A stretch of DNA of 64,000 nt from contig CM000208.1 of NCBI GenBank assembly GCA_000002445.1, forward strand, positions 2,304,001-2,368,000. The letters run 5' to 3'. This document shows positions 1 to 8,228 of this stretch, one piece after another. Under the pieces are notes generated by a model. The model saw nothing but the letters and a program-made list of their open reading frames with translations. It had not been told where the DNA came from and ran no database searches. Positions within the stretch are counted from its first letter, which is position 1. Every line of letters begins with the position of its first letter. Made by a program: the position numbers and the translations under genes. Source of the DNA: Trypanosoma brucei (taxonomy: Eukaryota).

Positions 1-731
1 CTAGCACGCCTGAAAAGTTCAATGAAACAGAAATCATACAGGGAGCTATGACACCTCCAATGCTCTTCACGGCAGAGGTGTATTGCGCTATGCCACAGAT
101 TGATATAATGGTAAAGCATCCAAGGAATACACCGCCTGGGAAGTGCAGGAGGTTCTACGAGCGAGCATTTGAGGCGTCCACCCGAACAGGGACAAGGGCG
201 ATTCTGAGGGCAAATGAATCTGGAAGGTCGTATCTCAATGGCGGAGGAGTAATTGCAAGAGTATGGGCTCTGAGAGAGGCTCTGGAGGCATTCTTCCGCT
301 TAAAAAAGCAAAGTTTTTTTTGGGGCTGTGATCAAACTATGTGGGCATTTGTGTTTTTGTGGAGTGTAACTAGACCAAGTAACGTGAAACCGAAGTTGTT
401 TCTGAGAAGGGGAATTATGAGCCTTGACTACGAAACTCGGTATTTTCATTATCCTTATGGAAAGGTGATCAAAAGGGGTGCCATACTACATTTTGCGGGG
501 TCGAGTAACGTGTGGAAGGAGACAATACCCAGGTACCTCAGCGAGATGAGTTGGTTCAAAGCTCTAAAAAATTCTTTCACAGAACGAGAGGCTTACAGGC
601 GGCTGCTAGAAACAACTTCCGTTGAAATACACTCTGCAAGGGGTGCCTTTAGGTATGTAAAGCTCGGTACTGTGTGCCCCATCTCTAACGTTTCAAACCC
701 AAATTGGTTATCTGGGGAGTTGAGAAAGTAA
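1..731 (+). CDS. Copy A of a type-II membrane GT-A-fold (GT8-like) putative glycosyltransferase. It is 5'-truncated by the window edge; codon phase starts at position 3.
   Basis: In frame with listed ORF 48..731, with no stops from position 3. About 98% identical to the C-terminal two-thirds of copy B. Carries the LNGGGVIARVW motif and a C-terminal ILHFAGSSNVW motif (GT8-like HxxGxxKPW region). Confidence 0.75.
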   Translation, partial: STPEKFNETEIIQGAMTPPMLFTAEVYCAMPQIDIMVKHPRNTPPGKCRRFYERAFEASTRTGTRAILRANESGRSYLNGGGVIARVWALREALEAFFRLKKQSFFWGCDQTMWAFVFLWSVTRPSNVKPKLFLRRGIMSLDYETRYFHYPYGKVIKRGAILHFAGSSNVWKETIPRYLSEMSWFKALKNSFTEREAYRRLLETTSVEIHSARGAFRYVKLGTVCPISNVSNPNWLSGELRK

Positions 732-821
732 TGCATACGGTCAATCTGCATTGAAGATTACACCCGTAATCCGCGGCACATCGCATCGCACTCTCTTATC
801 CCTTACATACTCATTGCAGAA

Positions 822-846
822 ACTGACGTTTTATTTTTGTTTTCAG
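822..846 (+). promoter_or_regulatory. Polypyrimidine tract plus AG, a candidate spliced-leader trans-splice acceptor. Equivalent sites recur at 2113-2137 and 3421-3438.
   Basis: gacgttttatttttgttttcag lies immediately 5' of the first plausible in-frame ATG of each array copy. Kinetoplastid mRNA processing uses a polyY tract followed by AG for SL addition. Confidence 0.5.
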
Positions 847-849
847 GAA

Positions 850-2022
850 ATGTTGAGGAGGATCAAGGGTATTTCAACTCGTAAAAAGGGAGGGAGATTA
901 TATTTAATAGTGATTGCGCTGCTGATAGTGGTCGGGGTTATGGCGACAATGGATATAAGAAGTAGTCATACGGAAACCGGTCACGGGTTGAGAAAAGAAA
1001 ATTTCCACAGTAGTTATGCACCAAGGATTAGTTATGTTGTGGTGCAAAACAGACCCTCCCCAGGGTGGTGTAGAATGCTCTTAAGCTCTATACTCACCAA
1101 TGTGTCGGTGGTTACGTTGGGTATGGGAGGATGGTATGGTAACGTAAGAAGATGGACCTGGATATATAATTATGTATGGCGGGGAGAAGCGCGTGAGAGC
1201 GATGTGATTGTGATATTCGATGGGGGAGACACTTTTTTCACAGAAACACATTTAAGAGAAGATGCCATGAAGTATTTTCTGGCAACAACGCCTAGCACGC
1301 CTGAAAAGTTCAATGAAACAGAAATCATACAGGGAGCTATGACACCTCCAATGCTCTTCACGGCAGAGGTGTATTGCGCTATGCCAGATATTGATATAAT
1401 GGTAAAGCATCCAAGGAATACACCGCCTGGGAAGTGCAGGAGGTTCTACGAGCGAGCATTTGAGGCGTCCACCCGAACAGGGACAAGGGCGATTCTGAGG
1501 ATGAATGAATCCGGCAGGTCGTATCTCAATGGCGGAGGAGTAATTGCAAGAGTGTGGGCTCTGAGAGAGGCTCTGGAGGCATTCTTCCGCTTAAAAAAGC
1601 AGTGGTTTATATGGCGTTGTGATCAAACTATGTGGGCATTTGTGTTTTTGTGGAGTGTAACTAGACCAAGTAACGTGAAACCGAAGTTGTTTCTGAGAAG
1701 GGGAATTATGAGCCTTGACTACGAAACTCGGTATTTTCATTATCCTTATGGAAAGGTGATCAAAAGGGGTGCCATACTACATTTTGCGGGGTCGAGTAAC
1801 GTGTGGAAGGAGACAATACCCAGGTACCTCAGCGAGATGAGTTGGTTCAAAGCTCTAAAAAATTCTTTCACAGAACGAGAGGCTTACAGGCGGCTGCTAG
1901 AAACAACTTCCGTTGAAATACACTCTGCAAGGGGTGCCTTTAGGTATGTAAAGCTCGGTACTGTGTGCCCCATCTCTAACGTTTCAAACCCAAATTGGTT
2001 ATCTGGGGAGTTGAGAAAGTAA
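850..2022 (+). CDS. Copy B of the type-II membrane GT-A-fold putative glycosyltransferase (390 aa). The start is reassigned to the ATG at 850, just downstream of a polypyrimidine-AG tract.
   Basis: ORF 751..2022 in frame 1. The motif ttttatttttgttttcagGAAATG at 827-852 suggests 751-849 is intergenic. The N-terminus has a basic tail (RKKGGR) followed by a hydrophobic anchor LYLIVIALLIVVGVMA, giving Golgi type-II topology. Motifs present: DxD-like DVIVIFDGGDTFF, LNGGGVI, ILHFAG...W. Confidence 0.75.
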   Translation: MLRRIKGISTRKKGGRLYLIVIALLIVVGVMATMDIRSSHTETGHGLRKENFHSSYAPRISYVVVQNRPSPGWCRMLLSSILTNVSVVTLGMGGWYGNVRRWTWIYNYVWRGEARESDVIVIFDGGDTFFTETHLREDAMKYFLATTPSTPEKFNETEIIQGAMTPPMLFTAEVYCAMPDIDIMVKHPRNTPPGKCRRFYERAFEASTRTGTRAILRMNESGRSYLNGGGVIARVWALREALEAFFRLKKQWFIWRCDQTMWAFVFLWSVTRPSNVKPKLFLRRGIMSLDYETRYFHYPYGKVIKRGAILHFAGSSNVWKETIPRYLSEMSWFKALKNSFTEREAYRRLLETTSVEIHSARGAFRYVKLGTVCPISNVSNPNWLSGELRK

Positions 2023-2140
2023 TGCATACGGTCAATCTGCATTGAAGATTACACCCGTAATCCGCGGCACATCGCATCGCACTCTCTTATCCCTTACATA
2101 CTCATTGCAGAAACTGACGTTTTATTTTTGTTTTCAGGAA

Positions 2141-3319
2141 ATGGCGAAGGGAGGGAAAAGGGTAGTTGCTCGTAAAAAGGGAGGGAGATTATATTTAATA
2201 GTGATTGCGCTGCTGATAGTGGTCGGGGTTATGGCGACAATGGATATAAGAAGTAGCCATACGGAAACCGGTCACGGGTTGAGAAAAGAAAATTTCCACA
2301 GTAATTATGCACCAAGGGTTAGTTATGTTGTGGTGCAAACGAGACGCTCCCCAGGGTGGTGTAGAATGCTCTTAAGCTCTATACTCACCAACGTAAGCGT
2401 CACAACAGTTGGAATGGGCGCAGTGTACATTCATGCGTGGAGATGGACCTGGATATATAATTATATGCTACGGGAGAGGATGCATGAAGACGATGTGATT
2501 GTGATATTCGATGGGGGAGACACTTTTTTCACAGAAACACATTTAAGAGAAGATGCCATGAAGTATTTTCTGGCAACAACGCCTAGCACGCCTGAAAAGT
2601 TCAATGAAACAGAAATCTTACAGGGAGCTATGACACCTCCAATGCTCTTCACGGCAGAAAAAGGCTGCTACGCGCCGCAAATGTATATCATGACGGGTGT
2701 CGATCCCAGTAAAATACCTCAACGGGAAAGATGTTTAAATGTGTATGAAGAGGCATTTGAGGCGTCTACTCTGGCAGGGACGCAGGCTATTTTGCGGAAG
2801 CACGAATCTGGAAGGTGGCATCTCAATGGCGGAGGAGTAATTGCAAGAGTGTGGGCTCTGAGAGAGGCCCTAGATGTTTTCTTCGCGCTCAAAAGGCAGA
2901 GTTACAAATGGTGGTGTGATCAAAGTATGTGGTCATTGATTTTAGCGTGGAGTGTCAGCAGACCAAAGCACGTGAAACCGGTGTTGCTTCTGAGAAGGGG
3001 AATTATGAGCCTTGACTACGAAACTCGGTATTTTCATTATCCTCATACAACGCCGATTAGGACAGGAGTGATCCTACATTTTCCAATGCCGATCGTTTTG
3101 TGGAAAAACAAAATGGCAAAATACGTTGGTGAGACGACATGGTTTAGGGCTTTGCGAGATTCCGAAGGAAGACAGAAGACAGTGGCAGATTACTTAAAGA
3201 CCGTTTATGTGGATATTCGCTTCGTCTTTGGGTTCAAAAAGTGGAGGAAGTTTAGCAGCGTGTGCAGCATAAGCGATGTTGTGAACCCAAACTGGCTAAG
3301 TGGTGTGTTGAGAAAGTAA
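2141..3319 (+). CDS. Copy C of the type-II membrane GT-A-fold putative glycosyltransferase (392 aa). Its N-terminal half is near-identical to copy B, and its C-terminal half is a mosaic of conserved and diverged blocks.
   Basis: ORF 2042..3319. The ATG at 2141 follows ttttatttttgttttcag. It has the same TM anchor, the DVIVIFDGGDTFF motif, LNGGGVIARVWALREAL, the shared LRRGIMSLDYETRYFHYP block, and ILHFPMP. Confidence 0.75.
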   Translation: MAKGGKRVVARKKGGRLYLIVIALLIVVGVMATMDIRSSHTETGHGLRKENFHSNYAPRVSYVVVQTRRSPGWCRMLLSSILTNVSVTTVGMGAVYIHAWRWTWIYNYMLRERMHEDDVIVIFDGGDTFFTETHLREDAMKYFLATTPSTPEKFNETEILQGAMTPPMLFTAEKGCYAPQMYIMTGVDPSKIPQRERCLNVYEEAFEASTLAGTQAILRKHESGRWHLNGGGVIARVWALREALDVFFALKRQSYKWWCDQSMWSLILAWSVSRPKHVKPVLLLRRGIMSLDYETRYFHYPHTTPIRTGVILHFPMPIVLWKNKMAKYVGETTWFRALRDSEGRQKTVADYLKTVYVDIRFVFGFKKWRKFSSVCSISDVVNPNWLSGVLRK

Positions 3320-3443
3320 CACCAGCGCTTGACCTGTACCATAATATCATGCCCCCTATACGCTGCGTGTCGGCACGCCATTCACCAGGATGTATGAATA
3401 CACTGTGTGTGGAAATCCGTGTTTTATTTCATTTTTAGAAAAG

Positions 3444-4625
3444 ATGAAAGGAACTAAGAAATTTTATGGTAAAAGAAGGAAGAGAACGTGTGTAATAGGT
3501 GCGGCACTTCTGCTTATCTTTTTACTTTGTCGCATGCTGTTTATCCGGACGGAAGAAGTGGAAGACACCACGTTTGAGGAGGGTTGTTGGGAGCGTGAGA
3601 TGCGCAGCGAAGGAGTGGGAGATGTAAAGGTGCGTTACGTCGTGATACAGACGAAGCCCTCCCCAGGTTGGTGTAGAATGCTTGTAAGCTCTCTCGTTGT
3701 TGGTATTGATGTAATTACAATAGGACTCGATGGCGTGTACCATCACACCTCGAGGCCACATTGGTTGCTGAACTACATAGAAAGTGCGGGGTTAAGTGAT
3801 GACGATGTGATTGTGACATTTGATGGTGCGGACACAGTATTTGTGAACAAGCATAACCTCCAGTGCGCTATTAGCAAGTTCATATCAACGACACCGAGCA
3901 AACCAGAAAATTTCGATGAGGAAAAAATACTGAAAGGCGTCCAAAAGTCTCCACTCCTGTTTACTGCTGAAAGGGGGTGTTTTGCCTCTCAACTAAGCGT
4001 TTTGTTTTCAATAAGAGGCAGAAAACACGAAAAGAGGTGTGAGCGGTTCTATAGGGGGGAGATTTCAAAGGCCAAAGCAACCGGCGCGGAACGGGTGATG
4101 CGGATGCCAAAGAGTGGGCGGGCGTATCTTAATGCTGGTGGGGTGATCGGGAGGGTGTGGGCATTTAAGGAAGCAATAGGAGGATTTTCAAAACTTAGAG
4201 AAAAGAGTGACAGATGGTGGTGTGATCAGACAATTTGGACCATTCTCTTTGCCTGGAGCGTCAATCAACAGGACACTGGGGGTAAAGCAGTGCACTTGAG
4301 AAAGGGTCTGATTTCTCTAGACTACGATGCGAGGTATTTTCTCATTCCTTCGTACACTTCCCCAATTCGAAGCATGATATTGCATTTTTCCGGGCTTATT
4401 AGAGACTGGAAGTGGTGGTTTCCAGGTGTTGTGAGGAGGTTGGTATGGATACAGAGAATGAGAGATGATGTGTATCAGAGAGACAGTAGGAGTTTGCTAA
4501 CTAAGACCAGCTTAACGATCTACGGCGCTAAAGGAGAAAAATATATTCGTAAGTTTGCCGATGTTTGCAACGTTGATGAGGCCGTGGACTACACGTGGCT
4601 GTCGACGGTCCGAAGTAAGCATTAG
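3444..4625 (+). CDS. Copy D, a divergent paralogue (~35-40% identity to copy B) of the same type-II membrane GT-like family (393 aa).
   Basis: ORF 3390..4625. The ATG at 3444 follows gttttatttcatttttag. It has a basic tail and TM anchor (RTCVIGAALLLIFLLC). Conserved motifs: KPSPGWCRML, DVIVTFDGADTVF, YLNAGGVIGRVWAFKEA, WWCDQTIW, ISLDYDARYF, ILHFSG. Confidence 0.7.
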   Translation: MKGTKKFYGKRRKRTCVIGAALLLIFLLCRMLFIRTEEVEDTTFEEGCWEREMRSEGVGDVKVRYVVIQTKPSPGWCRMLVSSLVVGIDVITIGLDGVYHHTSRPHWLLNYIESAGLSDDDVIVTFDGADTVFVNKHNLQCAISKFISTTPSKPENFDEEKILKGVQKSPLLFTAERGCFASQLSVLFSIRGRKHEKRCERFYRGEISKAKATGAERVMRMPKSGRAYLNAGGVIGRVWAFKEAIGGFSKLREKSDRWWCDQTIWTILFAWSVNQQDTGGKAVHLRKGLISLDYDARYFLIPSYTSPIRSMILHFSGLIRDWKWWFPGVVRRLVWIQRMRDDVYQRDSRSLLTKTSLTIYGAKGEKYIRKFADVCNVDEAVDYTWLSTVRSKH

Positions 4626-7625
4626 ATACTACAGGTCAGCGTGAGACCGGCTGTTTCTACGGATGTGTGTACACAGGATTTTATACGTTGTGGGTTGCCG
4701 TCCACTCCGCGGCAAATCACCTTAGGTGCCACTGTTGACATCAAAAGGTTTTTCGAAGACAGTCTTTAAAAATTTATGTAAATTCGCTCCCTGCAATCGC
4801 GAGTTGGCGTTGTTTTGTAAACACGTGGATCCGCGTAAACGAAAAAAAAACAGCGATCCCAGTGTCGTTGGGATCTTCTACTGATGCCTGCAACGATGTG
4901 GCCACCGAAAAATAAAGGTAACCGTTTTTTTTTTTTAGCACCGTACTCGTTCGCTATTTACGGATGAAAATGAGGGGGAGTAGTGGGTATGTAGATTTCG
5001 AATGCCGTATCGTGGTGTTATTGGTGACTTTCTGTAAAACAAGCAGTTCAAAGGGGGAGTGTGATTATTATCGTCAAACTTTTAGATGAGAGCTTGCATT
5101 CAAGGCGCGTGTTGTGGCAGAAAACACGGGCTGCTCCCTGAGGTAGTGCAAGCCGTGTGCTCGTATAACGCCATCCGGTGCAGTGGTGGTTGGTGTGGTG
5201 GTGTTCCGCGACACCGACATGTCGGGAGGTGTCTGTGAGATTGAGGGGTTTATGTGGGAATATGATATCGTAGCAATGTTTTATGGCGCAGACACGTCTT
5301 TAGCGCAGGCCGAGTTTGTGGAGGAAGAGACACACCTTTGCGAATAGCTCACCAAAAATTAAAATGACAAACACATGGCGAGAGTCATTTTGCTTGGAAC
5401 AATGTTCCCCTCAATAATTTTCCGATCGAGAGGGGATGTTACCTCCTACGGATGTATGTCATGCTAGTGGTGTAGAACAAAAGTTCACAGTGGTACGAAA
5501 GTGTGTGAATATACGAGACTGGATGAGTGGGAAGGAGCTTATGGAGGGCTCGTCACGGTTGGGCTGCAGAATGCATGCCCAAACGGCATCGGTAAAAGTG
5601 GAAGAGTTTAAACGCTCAGAGAACCCTTTAAATCACTTTGTCAACGCCAGGATGGAGAACTTCAACTGATGGTGCGGCTACTATATAAGCGCTGGCGTTT
5701 CCGTACAATGTGACAGAGTACGTATTCGGGGAGGCGTTTACTCCCTCTCTACGGGGACCCATGTCCCTTAACTACAACTTCCAATGGTTTGGCAACGCCA
5801 CACTCAAAACAAACCTCACTTCCACTATTGCCCATTCGGGGTGAGATAATTGGGAGGGTGAGCTTGCCGATGACTGGGAGACTGTCATTGTGGTACCGAC
5901 AACTTGAACCACCGGAGAGGTGACAGTGAACGAAGGAGCATTCACTTTCGGAGCCTTTAGTGGCACAACGTAAGGAGAGAAAGTGCCTTCGAACAACCTC
6001 GGTGACGTGCGTCGAATCAATAGGACGGTGAAATATAAATGGCTAATGAGACCATTTAAGTGAAGTTAGCTGACGCCAGCACCATGTGTTTGCATTTATT
6101 TCACCGTGGCGTGCCTCGTATTTCTCCGCAATGAAGTTGGGTAGACATCTTCACCATTGTTGAGGACGTGGTATGCATCTATTGAATAGTGGATCTTGTC
6201 CCTAAAAACTGCCGAAACGTGGACGAAGAGCTCTCATAAAAAGGATTTCGATTTTACGCTGCTGTGCGTGAGTCAGGATAAAGAGGTGGCGTGATTTTAA
6301 TTGGTTCCATTGGAAATGCCTGTGATTTAGAGGAGTTCTTAGTGAAATCTCGAGCGCGCACAATAGTGATAAAACGAAAAAGAGGGATGTGAGGGGGAGG
6401 GCGTGCCGGTCATATAAAGGATATTCCAAACTATGAGCTTCATGGGAAAGACGCTTGTTTTGTGCGCGCTATTTTTCCGAACAAGTAGCAGGGGTACAAT
6501 CTCGCTTCAGGTTGCGCTGCAGCAGATTGATGTCCATGATATAACTACCTCTCCCGTGGATAAGAGCCGTTCCATTACTCGAAAATTAGGTAGGGTAGAG
6601 AGCGCGGGGTGGCGACCAGAAGTTTTGATTCGGAAGAAATTATTGTAGATTATGTTTGTCGCCGTGTGTTTTCCTCTTACCTTATCAGTTTTCAACTACA
6701 GTGATGGCATTCCATCGGGAGTGGTCCGACTAATCTTGGAACCACCCTCGGGAGCGAGTCGCTCTGTGGGCAATTTGGGAGAAGACAGGACTTGTGATAC
6801 CGAGATGTTAAAATAAATTTAAAGTAGTTGTATAACGTCTAAGAATTCAAAGGTGTATACAGTTGAATGTTTAATCCTGGGCGTGCTCATGAAGTAAATT
6901 GGTTACTTGGGGGTTATGGAAGCGAAATTAGTATGTTTTTTGTGGGCTTGTTGTATTCATGATCATCTAGAGAAAAGCATTGACGTACGAAAAGCTGATT
7001 ACAGTGGATTGAGGGAACGGAAGGCCAGTTGCCCATTTGAGAGGGAACGCCAGCGGGAGTCTTCCAAGAGACGGTTAGCTCTCACTATATGCCAGTTTGT
7101 TGCCGATTGTCTGTGAAATTTATAATTCAAGTGGAAGACATCACTCTTCTCAGATCATATCTGAGTTTAAAAGAATTGGGATACCCCTGTTGCTCAAATA
7201 TTCCACCATAAAAAACGAAAGATCTTCACTTGGTAGCGTCGGATTAACTGTGCGTCCGGTTTCTCATATTCAGAACATCAATTGGAACTCCCACTCTATA
7301 GTGTGCCACGTCAGTGTTCTTCAATTTCCAAAGAGAGGGAGATTTTGTGACGGCAGCTTCATACCGCAGCGGGGGTCTTGGTGTGTATGCAGAGATTGCT
7401 TACTTGATGTGCACCACTCAGTTGCAACATCCTTGGCGTAGTTAACGGACAAAATTTAAAAATTTTATTGCTTTGAAAAAAAAATGAATTTGTGTTAAAT
7501 GATATCTTAACATTTAAATGCTTTTCTTAGCAAATGATTGCAAATAACTTTGCGTTAAATGGAATGATCTTGTTTTTCATGCTGTCTTGTGAAGGGACGT
7601 TAAATTTGCAACAGCTAGGATAATA

Positions 7626-8228
7626 ATGAGAACGAATAGTCTCAACATCGGAGCAGTTTTGGGGGTGATGTTGGTAGTGGTTGACATTGAAGCACAGGGA
7701 ACAGGTGCCGTGTCCGCGTCGCATTGCACTTTCAACCAGCGCTCCGGTGTTTCTAAGAAGGAAGAGCTAGGGGACGCTATGAAGGTAGATAATGTCTTTC
7801 CAGGAGGCCCTAAAAAAGACGTTTTGGTGTCGTGTGCCAATAAGAGTCGTCAGACAGCGGCAGGGATTTTCGTTCACTGGTGCTGCAGGTGTGAATCAGA
7901 AACCAGTGGCGACAGGGGCAATGTTTGCGAATTTTTTGGAGATTGTGAATGTGATGATATCTATTCAACCTCAAACGTCCCTAAATGCGTTAAAGGAGAC
8001 CACATGTGGAGGGACTCTTCTACTGCGCTGCGGGCGGTTCTTCAGGATGTCAAGGGGAGAGACGCTTGTAACATCTCAACACCTAATGGAAAAGAGATAT
8101 TGATGAAGCTTACGAGAGAAGAGCTCACATCTAATATAGCACCTCAGGATTCGTCCTCCAAAATATTCTTGTTTCTGCTGGCTGCGCTGCTCATGCAGGA
8201 CGAATCTGTGGCACAAACCTCCAATTAG
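7626..8228 (+). CDS. Possible small (200 aa) cysteine-rich type-I membrane or secreted protein.
   Basis: The N-terminus has a signal-peptide-like hydrophobic stretch (IGAVLGVMLVVV). There are 10 Cys, some in clusters (HWCCRCESE, CEFFGDCECDD). There are N-glycosylation sites NKS and NIS. A C-terminal hydrophobic stretch IFLFLLAALLM is followed by a 10-aa polar tail. It is on the same strand as the cluster, with a polyY...AG (gcttttcttag) upstream. No homology is recognised. Confidence 0.35.
   Translation: MRTNSLNIGAVLGVMLVVVDIEAQGTGAVSASHCTFNQRSGVSKKEELGDAMKVDNVFPGGPKKDVLVSCANKSRQTAAGIFVHWCCRCESETSGDRGNVCEFFGDCECDDIYSTSNVPKCVKGDHMWRDSSTALRAVLQDVKGRDACNISTPNGKEILMKLTREELTSNIAPQDSSSKIFLFLLAALLMQDESVAQTSN

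Larger units (their letters stand above)
1..3320 (+). repeat. Head-to-tail tandem gene array with a unit of about 1291-1297 bp. Positions 1-731 are near-identical to 1292-2022, and 751-2022 aligns to 2042-3319 with a mosaic of identical and diverged blocks. The array probably continues upstream of the window.
   Basis: Direct comparison shows positions 1-110 match 1292-1401 except for a few substitutions. The stop codons at 731, 2022 and 3319 are spaced 1291 and 1297 bp apart. The ~118-bp spacer and the leader peptide sequence are identical between copies. Confidence 0.9.

Noticed and set aside
751-849. N-terminal 33-aa extension (MKITPVIRGTSHRTLLSLTYSLQKLTFYFCFQE) of the listed ORFs 751..2022 and 2042..3319
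   Set aside because: It overlaps the conserved spacer that contains the polypyrimidine-AG acceptor immediately before the ATG at 850/2141. It is more plausibly intergenic or 5' UTR than coding.
4852-4872. Small hairpin gatcccaGTGTCGTtgggatc in the 3' flank of copy D
   Set aside because: It is a 7-bp stem only. It is too short to call a terminator or regulatory structure, and kinetoplastids do not use hairpin terminators for Pol II.
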